Both the position numbers and the translations under genes were made by a program. 64,000 nucleotides of DNA, from the NCBI GenBank assembly GCA_017963105.1, contig JAGCTY010000175.1:51-64050 (forward strand), in the 5' to 3' direction. Below the pieces are notes generated by a model that saw only the letters and a program-made list of their open reading frames with translations, was not told where the DNA came from and did not search any database. Position 1 is the stretch's first letter. Each line of letters starts with the position of its first letter. Below, one piece after another: positions 46,610-55,065 of the stretch. Source of the DNA: Lentisphaeria bacterium. Lineage in GTDB: Bacteria > Verrucomicrobiota > Lentisphaeria > Victivallales > UBA1829.

Positions 46610-47032
46610 CTAATGAGATTCCTCCCATTGTTTAATAGCATCACTTGAAGCACCCCAAAAACCGGCTTTAAGTCCAGCTTTTCTAAGAACTTCTTTCACC
46701 TTTTCGTTGACGATTATAGCAATAATTAGACCGATGGGGGGAATGAAAGACAAAAGGGTTAGAATAACGACCCATATCGTTTTGAATTTTAGTGCAATCG
46801 ACATTTTTATCACAAAAACAATTGATACAATTTCAAGAATAAGTAATACAATAGAACCAATGCAGTTCATCAGTTCATCCTCGTTGATTTTAAGCGAACT
46901 TTTAAAATGCATTGCGAGCTTTGCCAAGGGGAAAATAACGAAAGGCGGAAAAAGGCCCACTAATTCTTTTTGTGTTGTTGCAATAGCGACGATTTGTTCT
47001 TTGGTAAACTGTTTGTTTTTATAAGTAACCAT
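46610..47032 (-). CDS. small multi-pass membrane protein (hypothetical), paralogue A
   Basis: 140 aa: MVTYKNKQFTKEQIVAIATTQKE..., with three hydrophobic helices. It aligns with the next gene (LSFIPPIGLIIAIIVNEKVKEVLRKAGL versus LSFIPIIGLVVLLVVNSKATKVLKSAGI). Confidence 0.65.
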   Translation of the reverse strand: MVTYKNKQFTKEQIVAIATTQKELVGLFPPFVIFPLAKLAMHFKSSLKINEDELMNCIGSIVLLILEIVSIVFVIKMSIALKFKTIWVVILTLLSFIPPIGLIIAIIVNEKVKEVLRKAGLKAGFWGASSDAIKQWEESH

Positions 47033-47110
47033 CGTTTATTCCCTTGAACAGCTATATGTGATTTCCTGTTATAGCAGATATTATTGGTGCTCGAATTTGC
47101 TGATCGCGGA

Positions 47111-47473
47111 TTAAGAAGCACCGAGTAATCCGATTTCAATTCCCGCGGATTTGAGGACTTTTGTTGCTTTTGAATTAACGACAAGAAGAACGACAAGACC
47201 GATGATGGGAATGAAAGATAAAACAGCTCTGATAACCACCCAAACAGCAGCTGTTTTGAGCGCTATCATTAACTTTACGAAAAAGATAACCGTCAATATG
47301 CTGAACATAAGCGCTAATAAACGAAACAACTGTTCAAGGACATTGCCAGCCATTCCGCACATAAGAAGATAGGAGATGATACGGAAAAGAAGAAAAATGA
47401 GAACGTACTTCTGGTTCTTCGCGATAGCGATAATCTGCTCTTTTGTGAAATGTTCATTTTCGTAGGTATACAT
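47111..47473 (-). CDS. small multi-pass membrane protein (hypothetical), paralogue B
   Basis: Start at ATG 47473 (MYTYENEHFTKEQIIAIAKNQKY...), with AAGGAGA 7 nt upstream; 120 aa. The N-terminal extension in the track ORF was rejected. Confidence 0.65.
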   Translation of the reverse strand: MYTYENEHFTKEQIIAIAKNQKYVLIFLLFRIISYLLMCGMAGNVLEQLFRLLALMFSILTVIFFVKLMIALKTAAVWVVIRAVLSFIPIIGLVVLLVVNSKATKVLKSAGIEIGLLGAS

Positions 47474-48028
47474 ACCTGTTCTCCTTGAAAAAAGTTGAAA
47501 AGATTGTTTCGAAGAAACCGAATCGGCCTCGGTGGGGGTTGCGATTCTGCGCACGAGGTAGCGTCCATTCTGGACGGCACAAAATTAAAAATGCCGGTGT
47601 CCTAATACAAAAAAAGCCGGACGATTCCCCATGCGCGAGTATGAAGGTCCGACCAAGAACCCGATTCCGTGACGATAGAGAAACGCCCAGCAGAAACGGA
47701 GACACAATGCTCCTGCTGGTATTTCGAACACGGAATCAAAAGAATCTTTACAAAACTTGGTCGGTTTTCATACTCTTTTGATGAAATACGGCTGAAAATG
47801 AGCTTGGAACCGAGCAACCACAGATGTGGAGGTCCGTTCCAGCAGGTAATTTACTTCCCTTCCTGAAAAAAGTCAAGCCGTTTTCTCGAAAACTATAAAA
47901 AAAACGGCTAGAAATCACGTGGACGTTCGCCTTGCCCGCAATCTTTCAAAATCTTTCTTTTTTTATTTTACGCTTCTGTATCTGAAGAGCGCATCCGGAT
48001 AACCCGCGCTCGGAAAGGTAAAGAAATT

Positions 48029-48304
48029 ATGAAAAACACTACGCTTGATCTTATCAGTACCGTCCTGTCCAATGACGAGACCGTAACGCCGGAACACGCA
48101 GACAGCATTCTCCGCGTCTGCCGTCAGCCAGTCGTTCGGCGTAAACTGATCGGAGCCAAGGAAGCCATGGAAATTCTTAACGTCTCCCGTCCGACGCTCA
48201 GAGCCTATGTCAAGAGCGGCAGTCTGACGCAGATCAATTTTTCCGCCCGCAAAGTGCGTTTCGATGATAACGAGGTCAGACGCTTGGCTTACAGCGGTAT
48301 TTGA
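48029..48304 (+). CDS. excisionase / AlpA-like MerR-superfamily HTH DNA-binding protein
   Basis: 91 aa. KEAMEILNVSRPTLRAYVKSGSLTQINFSARKVRFDDNEVRRL matches the excisionase-type HTH_17 pattern, and the gene lies inside an integrative element. Confidence 0.7.
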   Translation: MKNTTLDLISTVLSNDETVTPEHADSILRVCRQPVVRRKLIGAKEAMEILNVSRPTLRAYVKSGSLTQINFSARKVRFDDNEVRRLAYSGI

Positions 48305-48596
48305 TCCGCGCGGCCGAGAGCGCCGCAGCATTCCCAGAGTGAAAGTCTCCCCCGGTATACTTTTTCAAAAGTCCGGGGGAATTTATCATAATAAAAATCT
48401 TGATTATTTTTTAATTATTACAAGTCAATACCATACGACAAATACAAGAACAATATTCTTTGATATTGTCGCAAAAAAAACGGAATCAGACGCAAATCGG
48501 AGGAAAAGATGGGGGTACGGTAAGGATACCAGTGACGAGGCCCATGGTTCGGGCCGAAGGATAAACCCGCCAATGGAAATATAAGGATTTATTTAC

Positions 48597-50012
48597 ATGA
48601 AAGACAACAACCTCCTACCAACTCCAACCGTCGATTCCCAGGAAACCACGGCCCCTGCATTTTGGAGATCTGTAACGGACGCGGATGTCAGGCAAGCAAT
48701 CTCCGGTTCCTACCTTGGCACGATATGCCACGTGCTTGAAAAGAATTACACACCGTCCGCTCCGCTTCCGCTGATCCTGTTGCAGTCGATGCTCCTGATG
48801 TCCGTAGCCCTGACCCATAAACACGATTATCTAATGGACGAGGAAAACGGTGAATGGGACGAACAGCCATCACTTCTCTGCGATGGACCCGAAGAATCGT
48901 TTGAGCTGGCTCCTGCTCATTTGTCGCGCCTGTATATCAACACCGGCCTGGGTAACGTCCCGAACATCTACGCACTGATTGTTGCGCCGTCGGGAGCTGG
49001 CAAGGGGCTTGGGAATCTTCATCTAATTAAAAGTCTTGGTTATGTGGAAGTTACCAATGGGAGCAGCCTGGAGGGGGTGAAAGACGCCGCAATCATGAAC
49101 CCGCATGTGCTGATCTCTCTTCAGGAGTTCGGCTTGCTTCTTCAGGGAAAAGGATACAAGGACACGTTCAAAAAGGGGCTGACCGACATGTTCAATGCCG
49201 GATGTTTCACAGATGCGCTTTCTGCTCGCTCACGCAAGGAGGTCCGCACCGTTGAATGGTTTTACTCGTCCGTGTACGCGTCTGTCCAGCCGGAAGTCCT
49301 AAGGGCTGCGGGGCGCAGTCTGGATATTGCCCAGGGGATTTTCAGCCGCTTCCTGATCGGGTATCTTTCCCCTCAGGACGCGGAATACGACTTCAATCCA
49401 TGTAATCCCGACCAGTTGCGTGACCTCCAGAAACTACAAATCGGATTGTGCCGCATCTCGACTCTGGCGGGTGTCGTTCAGGTCCCAAACGCCCATTACA
49501 ACACGGATTTTTCAGGTCCCATCCGCCCGCTTATTGATAAAAGAATGATTCCCGTCCTCCTCCGCTACGCCAACGAGTATCTGCCGCGCATCGCATTGAT
49601 GCTGGCGATTCCCTCCACAGTGGGAGATGTGGTCGAACTTCCCGAACTTACCGATGATCATTTCCAGCGCGCGACAACGGTTCTTCATCGTATCCTGACG
49701 ATGGCCGAAGCTGCCCTGGGCTCGCTGACCGACCTTGAGGGGCGCTCACGCCTGCAGGAAGAAAACCTGGGAAAGATGGCCCGTTTGCTAAAACGCTTGT
49801 CCATCAAGAATCCGAGAATTACAATGGCGGACATCAGCAGGTGTTCATCTGGTACCGGCTGGGATTCAAAGACACGCGAGGGGCTTCTCAACGAAATGAT
49901 CCAGCGCGGTTGGATTGATGTTAGTCATCCCACATTGGAGGGTGTGGAAAAAGTCGTCAAGGGTTGCTCCATTACCCTCGACAAAGGGGCTCTCCCGCCC
50001 GGAGTGCTGTAA
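48597..50012 (+). CDS. P-loop-like protein of mobile elements (possibly DUF3987-like, replication/helicase-associated)
   Basis: 471 aa with a Walker-A-like APSGAGKG. It follows an excisionase-type gene, as is often seen in integrative elements. The family assignment is from memory only. Confidence 0.45.
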   Translation: MKDNNLLPTPTVDSQETTAPAFWRSVTDADVRQAISGSYLGTICHVLEKNYTPSAPLPLILLQSMLLMSVALTHKHDYLMDEENGEWDEQPSLLCDGPEESFELAPAHLSRLYINTGLGNVPNIYALIVAPSGAGKGLGNLHLIKSLGYVEVTNGSSLEGVKDAAIMNPHVLISLQEFGLLLQGKGYKDTFKKGLTDMFNAGCFTDALSARSRKEVRTVEWFYSSVYASVQPEVLRAAGRSLDIAQGIFSRFLIGYLSPQDAEYDFNPCNPDQLRDLQKLQIGLCRISTLAGVVQVPNAHYNTDFSGPIRPLIDKRMIPVLLRYANEYLPRIALMLAIPSTVGDVVELPELTDDHFQRATTVLHRILTMAEAALGSLTDLEGRSRLQEENLGKMARLLKRLSIKNPRITMADISRCSSGTGWDSKTREGLLNEMIQRGWIDVSHPTLEGVEKVVKGCSITLDKGALPPGVL

Positions 50013-50290
50013 AAAATGGAGGGGGAAGTTCGGAATATATGCTGAAAGGCCCGAACTTTCCCGAACTACTCCGAAGATTACGACGATTTTTGTTCGTGGT
50101 CTTGGGGCGGTTCGTACAAGATCGCCTTCCGGTTGTAAAACAGCCGGAGGGAAGGCTTGAACTCCTTCGACCTCCGGGATGCCGGGCTCACTGGCACGAG
50201 TGCATCGGGTTCGTGTCAGACGCTCTTCGTTCCAGTTGCGTCTTTTCCTTGGCGGGACCTACATCTTCAGAACGAGGAGACGAGCATAGT

Positions 50291-51019
50291 TCATGCGAAG
50301 AGCGCAGCCTTGCGACCGTCCAGGCCGAATGCCCGGTTCAGGGCGAGGTAGCTGTGATCCACACGCTGCGGGGAATATTTCTTGACGATCTCCGTGATCG
50401 AGTTCAAAAGGCTCCATCGTGTCGGTTCTGCGAACTCCTCGTGCGAGGGCGACTTGAACTCGTGGAACACGGGCAGGATGTCGCAGGAGTTGATGACGCC
50501 AAGCTCGGCAGCGCGCACGATGCAGCTACGGGCTTCATCGTCGTCCCGTAGATAGGCATCTTTCAGCTTCTCGCTGACCGTTTCGACCGTGAGGAAATCG
50601 TCTTCGAGCGATGCAACAGCCCGGTCGATGAGTTCGGCCAGGACAATGCCGCTGGTATGGCGACGTTTGATGACGGTCGTGCCGCCGAAGGCCATGTTCG
50701 TGCAGACGCACACGACGATTCCGGCAGACAGCCCGACGGCAAAACTTTTGTCGTGACTGTTGCGGATGCCGATGCAGCGGTGCCACTCAGGAGAGGCTGA
50801 GCGTGAAATCTCCATCACGCCGAACATCTTCTGCCCGTCACGAGCAAGGCCGAACTTTTCTCCTTCGATGCTCCAGTCGTGCGCCTTGACGACCTCGGTC
50901 ACCGCCTCAATCACGTCGATGTGCGGCACGGGTCGCCAGGTGGCGGTGGAACATGGCGTATCGGTTCTGGCGACCTCGGCTCTGCTCACGAACTTTCCTT
51001 CCTGCATAATCAGTCCCAT
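50291..51019 (-). CDS. DUF932-like phage/plasmid protein
   Basis: 242 aa. KMFGVMEI...IGIRNSHDKSFAVGLSAGIVVCVCTNMAFGG resembles the conserved DUF932 core. Confidence 0.55.
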   Translation of the reverse strand: MGLIMQEGKFVSRAEVARTDTPCSTATWRPVPHIDVIEAVTEVVKAHDWSIEGEKFGLARDGQKMFGVMEISRSASPEWHRCIGIRNSHDKSFAVGLSAGIVVCVCTNMAFGGTTVIKRRHTSGIVLAELIDRAVASLEDDFLTVETVSEKLKDAYLRDDDEARSCIVRAAELGVINSCDILPVFHEFKSPSHEEFAEPTRWSLLNSITEIVKKYSPQRVDHSYLALNRAFGLDGRKAALFA

Positions 51020-51022
51020 GCT

Positions 51023-51814
51023 TCAGCCCGCCTTCCTGTGCGCGGCTTTGCACCGTTCACTGTAAGCACATTCCGAGCAGTTCATGCAGGATTCGACCGG
51101 AAGAAAGATGCCGGTGTTGACGACCTTTTCGATCTGCCCGGCGAGGTAGACGAAGCGGTCGAGGTCGTCCTGGTTCCTGTAGGTGTAGAACTGGTGATGT
51201 GCGGGTGCTTTCGCCTTCGTGAAGACATCGAAGCGGAACATCGGCATCCGACCATGGAGCTGACGGTAGGCGTAGCAGAACGTCGTTGCCTGAAGATCAC
51301 GGTCGGCTTTCCCTGCAGGCCACTTCATCGAAGCGGTCTTCCAGTCGCATATCGTTTCGTCCCCGCCGTCAGTGACAACGAGGTCGAATTCTCCGATGAG
51401 CGGCTTCGACAGTCCCGGCACCTCGACACTGAACGCTTCGGCCACGCTCTTGACCGTGTAGTCATCCGTCCATTCCGCAAGCGCCACATCGAGCATATCG
51501 CAGCCCCGCTGCTCCCAGAACAAGTAATCCTCATCCTGCTTGTAGGTCAGCTTCTCGCAGACCTCGGCTTCGCCTTTGAAGAACACGGAGAAATCTTCCT
51601 TGGCATCCTCGACGGTGTAGTCCGCGCCCTTCATTGCACGTTCGCTGAGAACGGCGTGGAAGGCGCGACCGAAGGGAATGCTCACGGAGGTGCGTTCTGC
51701 CTCGGCGTGCTCGATGTACCGGAAGTAGTAGCGCATCGGGCACGTCAGGTAGGTGTTGAAGGCCGAGTACGACCAGTGCGGTGTCTCACGGACAGTATCA
51801 ATGGAGCGTTCCAT
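51023..51814 (-). CDS. PD-(D/E)XK nuclease, Cas4/RecB-exonuclease-like, with a Cys cluster
   Basis: Start at ATG 51814 (MERSIDTVRETPHWSYSAFNTYLTCPMRYYF), with GGAAAGG 10 nt upstream. Blocks: GEFDLVV...ICDWKT (D...D/E-x-K) and the C-terminal CMNCSECAYSERC, with the N-terminal Cys in LTCP. Confidence 0.7.
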   Translation of the reverse strand: MERSIDTVRETPHWSYSAFNTYLTCPMRYYFRYIEHAEAERTSVSIPFGRAFHAVLSERAMKGADYTVEDAKEDFSVFFKGEAEVCEKLTYKQDEDYLFWEQRGCDMLDVALAEWTDDYTVKSVAEAFSVEVPGLSKPLIGEFDLVVTDGGDETICDWKTASMKWPAGKADRDLQATTFCYAYRQLHGRMPMFRFDVFTKAKAPAHHQFYTYRNQDDLDRFVYLAGQIEKVVNTGIFLPVESCMNCSECAYSERCKAAHRKAG

Positions 51815-51816
51815 GG

Positions 51817-52257
51817 TCAGGCCGCCTTTCCGTTGAGCAGGTCGATGGCGCGGCTGCACTGCGTCCGGCTGAGGTCTTCGAGCGCAGCCACGTTGAACCG
51901 AGCTTTCAGCTGTTCGATAGTGTAGCCGCTCTGTCGCGCCAGATCGAGCAGGAACTTGATCTGCTTGGGCGAGGCGGGAGCATCGGTCGCGGGCTTCTTA
52001 CCGTAGGCGGGCTTGTTCTGCTGCTGTGCGGGCTGCTGAGGTACACTGGTCATCTGCCCGGCATTGACGGTTTCTCCGTGCAGTTCAGCCTCCACGCTAT
52101 CGCGGACCATTGCGAAGGTTTCGTGGATGCGGGCATTGAGCTGTTCGGGCGTGAGGCCATCTGGTAATTCGACCTCTATGGACGCATGGTACGACTGGCT
52201 GGAATACTCCGTATCGGCCGGGACTTTCTTGCTGTAGGATGCGTTGAGTTTCAACAT
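51817..52257 (-). CDS. hypothetical protein (146 aa) with a Q/P-rich linker
   Basis: Open frame in a G+C-rich module, coupled to the downstream nuclease gene (stop 3 nt before its ATG). No family recognised. Confidence 0.55.
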   Translation of the reverse strand: MLKLNASYSKKVPADTEYSSQSYHASIEVELPDGLTPEQLNARIHETFAMVRDSVEAELHGETVNAGQMTSVPQQPAQQQNKPAYGKKPATDAPASPKQIKFLLDLARQSGYTIEQLKARFNVAALEDLSRTQCSRAIDLLNGKAA

Positions 52258-52333
52258 GGTGATTTCCTTTCAAAATTTTGCCCCCGGTAGAACATGTTCC
52301 GAGGGCGGTGTTGAGCGTGATGTGAGGCGGAGA

Positions 52334-53779
52334 TCAGAAACCGCTGGCGGTGCGGATTCGTTCGATCGTGCGCTTGGTCTGGACGTACTCGCGCTCCTTC
52401 TGGCGCTGTGCGATGGCGACCTCGCGGACCTTGCGGCTCATGACGGCAGATTCGTCGTACATGGCTTTGAGCTTAGCCTTCATCGCTTCGATGTTCGCGG
52501 TCAGCTCGTCCAGCGGGTTTGTGGGTTCATTGTTCGGGGTGATCGTCTGCGCGGGGGCAGACACGACGTGGGTGATGGTGTTGGTGTCGATCATCGTGGA
52601 TTTCTCCTTGGGGTTGTTGGTATTGATGGTGGTGGATTCTTTGTGGTGAGGTGCAGTCTGCGTGATTTCCGCGTGCTGTTCCTGCGGTGCGGGCTGCTGA
52701 GCCGTGGCTTCCTGCGTCTGTCGTTCCGTCTTCTGCATACGCATGGGCATGGCGACATACTGGCCGACACCGCCGCTCGCAACGAACGGACAAAGGGCAT
52801 CGCTGAACTCGATTCTCGTGTGACCTTTGCTGAGAAGATGCAGAAGGATGTCTTTTTTGATGGTGAGGGCGAAGTCGCCCCAGGACGAATCAAACTCGGC
52901 AGGGATGCTGAACTCGTGACCGTCTCCGTCACGCAGGGTAAGGAAGCCGACAGAATCGCGATAAAGCTTGATTCCGTTCGATGGGATTGCATCGGCCACA
53001 CTTTTCAGGAAGAACTTCAGGCGGTCGGCGTATTCCACAGTGAAGCTGACATAATGCTTGAGCGCCTTGCTGTCGGGCATAACGCGCTTCCAGTTGGGGT
53101 ACGCTCCGGGCAGAGCTCTTGCCGTCCAGCGCCATTTGCCTATCCTGACCGTGAACATGACGTAGAGGTCGTTGCTCCAGACAGTGATATTGCCCTCACC
53201 AGTGGTCTTCGTCGCCATGAGAGCGAACGGGAACGGAAGCGTGAGCTCGTCGAGATCGAACTTGTACGGGAAGTTGAACAGTTCTTTGGCGTTCATGGCC
53301 GTAATACCGTCCCGGCTGAGGTTGATGCCATTCAGAATGCTCTTCGGATCGTCCAAGTTTACCTGTGGAGCAGCCTGGTTCAAAACCTCGACGAAGTTTT
53401 CCGGCAGAGGCGAGGTCGTGACGGAATTGCCTTGCGGTTCTTCGGCTGTCGTCCATTCACCCTCAATTGGTGCAAGTGGCACATCATCGACATGGAGTTT
53501 TTCGTCCTTGAAGTCGAACGAGAGGTTCTTGTTCCGGCAGTTTCTCACAAGGGAGCGGAAGAAATCGAAGTCCACAGCGATCTTGAAGACATCCGAGATT
53601 TCCGTGTTTGCTCTGAACTCGATTTCTTCGGTCATGCTGTGCGTCCGGAAGAAAAGCGCGTTGCTGCTTGCTTCGATCTGCACGGCACGATACACCGGGA
53701 TCGGTGACGACCGGCAGACAAGTTTCCCCAGAGCAGCCAATGCCCCGACAAGTTCGGTTTTGTTGAGAGTCGTTTTCAT
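52334..53779 (-). CDS. DNA polymerase III beta sliding-clamp homologue with a C-terminal extension of about 110 aa
   Basis: 481 aa. The N-terminus LNKTELVGALAALGKLVCRSSPIPVYRAVQIEASSNALFFRTHS mirrors the DnaN start. YPNWKRVMP corresponds to the clamp FPDY..VIP motif. A Q/T/N-rich linker and a coiled-coil tail follow. Confidence 0.65.
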   Translation of the reverse strand: MKTTLNKTELVGALAALGKLVCRSSPIPVYRAVQIEASSNALFFRTHSMTEEIEFRANTEISDVFKIAVDFDFFRSLVRNCRNKNLSFDFKDEKLHVDDVPLAPIEGEWTTAEEPQGNSVTTSPLPENFVEVLNQAAPQVNLDDPKSILNGINLSRDGITAMNAKELFNFPYKFDLDELTLPFPFALMATKTTGEGNITVWSNDLYVMFTVRIGKWRWTARALPGAYPNWKRVMPDSKALKHYVSFTVEYADRLKFFLKSVADAIPSNGIKLYRDSVGFLTLRDGDGHEFSIPAEFDSSWGDFALTIKKDILLHLLSKGHTRIEFSDALCPFVASGGVGQYVAMPMRMQKTERQTQEATAQQPAPQEQHAEITQTAPHHKESTTINTNNPKEKSTMIDTNTITHVVSAPAQTITPNNEPTNPLDELTANIEAMKAKLKAMYDESAVMSRKVREVAIAQRQKEREYVQTKRTIERIRTASGF

Positions 53780-54147
53780 TTTTTATCCTTTCGGGTTAAG
53801 TTCGTTTTGTGCTCAAGCCATTTCTTCGCCACCCCGCATCCGAAGACGAGGAAGAGAATCATTGCCGCCCAGCGCACGGGCCAAGTCAGCACGGACAGAG
53901 AATCTGCGAAAGCTTCGGGGTTCTCCTTCGCCACGGTCTTGATGCCTTCCTCCACACCGTCGCTGACCTTGTATGCGGCGACCAGAGTTCCCGCCGCAGC
54001 TCCCCCGGCTGCCACTGTTTTCCATGGCACGACTACCGGCGTTTTGCGGGGCGTAGAGACGCGGTGACGGGACGGGATGTGCCTGTGGGCGGCAGAGGCC
54101 GGAACAACGCACAGAAGGGCTATGAAGAGCATTAACAGGCATTTCAT
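53776..54147 (-). CDS. small secreted/membrane protein (hypothetical)
   Basis: Start at ATG 54147 (MKCLLMLFIALLCVVPASA, a signal peptide), with a C-terminal TM helix. ATGA overlaps occur at both ends (54144-54147 and 53776-53779). Confidence 0.55.
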   Translation of the reverse strand: MKCLLMLFIALLCVVPASAAHRHIPSRHRVSTPRKTPVVVPWKTVAAGGAAAGTLVAAYKVSDGVEEGIKTVAKENPEAFADSLSVLTWPVRWAAMILFLVFGCGVAKKWLEHKTNLTRKDKK

Positions 54148-54866
54148 CGGAACGCCTCCCTCCGGCAAGCATCCTGACAATTTTGGACGGCTGTTTGCAG
54201 CAGAGCGATCAATTCTTCACGAAGCTGCGTTTGAGCTTTCCAGAGGTCATAGCCGCTCCATGCCGCTCCGCCTGTCGCAAGCACAACGGCGACCGCATCA
54301 CCGAACGGAAACGGGCCATCGGCCGCAGCAAAGGCCGCTCCGCCGCTGCATACGGCGGTGAGCCTTGTGATTGTGGTGCCGAGAACAGTTTTCAGCGCTG
54401 TAATCGTCTGTTTGAGGAAGACGGCTTCGATAGCGAGGCTGCCGAGGGCGTACGCCTTGATGTTGACGTAATCGGTGTTGACCTCGGCGAGGCTTTCCAG
54501 GAAGTTGTCGTCCTCAAAGTCAAGGCCGTAGACGTTTACGCCTTTGCGGCAGGGTGCGATGATCGGTTCTTTCAAGACTGAAGCCAGAAAATCCTGGGTC
54601 TTGCTTGTTCCAACGATCTTGTCCCGTGCCATGAGCAGGCAGAGCTTGCATTGCGTTCCGGTTTCGGTCAGCCGGTCTACGATAGCGGGGATGTTTCGGC
54701 GGGCTTCGTCGAAATACAACTGCGCTTTCGCGTCGAGGCTGTCGACATCAGCCTGCAGGATAGGGAAAGCTCGCAACGAGCACGAGCCGATGATGCCCAG
54801 AGAAAGGGCGGCGAGCAGTCCGGCAAAGACAAACGCCCTGCCGAACCCGTGATGAGGGTGTTTCAT
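54144..54866 (-). CDS. membrane-anchored hypothetical protein
   Basis: Start at ATG 54866 (MKHPHHGFGRAFVFAGLLAALSLGIIGSC), with GGAGGA 7 nt upstream; 240 aa. It is the first gene of the island's minus-strand operon. Confidence 0.55.
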   Translation of the reverse strand: MKHPHHGFGRAFVFAGLLAALSLGIIGSCSLRAFPILQADVDSLDAKAQLYFDEARRNIPAIVDRLTETGTQCKLCLLMARDKIVGTSKTQDFLASVLKEPIIAPCRKGVNVYGLDFEDDNFLESLAEVNTDYVNIKAYALGSLAIEAVFLKQTITALKTVLGTTITRLTAVCSGGAAFAAADGPFPFGDAVAVVLATGGAAWSGYDLWKAQTQLREELIALLQTAVQNCQDACRREAFR

Positions 54867-54971
54867 GGTTTCCTCCGTGTGGTTAATGGGTTGCGGACGG
54901 GAGTTTTCCCGGTCCATCGGATTATACCGCAAAAAGCAGGTGAAATTAAGCAGAAACCGCCTGTTTTTGTC

Positions 54972-55017
54972 AAAAAAAGGAGCAGCGCCCCAGTTTTTGT
55001 GACTTGAAGCGCTGCTC
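54972..55017 (-). terminator. rho-independent terminator after the reverse transcriptase gene
   Basis: On the minus strand, gagcagcgc pairs with gcgctgctc (9-bp stem extendable by UUCA/UGGG), followed by cttttttt. Confidence 0.65.
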
Positions 55018-55065
55018 AGACTCGCCTCCACAGAAGGAGGGAGTAATTCAGTTCAGGTTTCTTTC

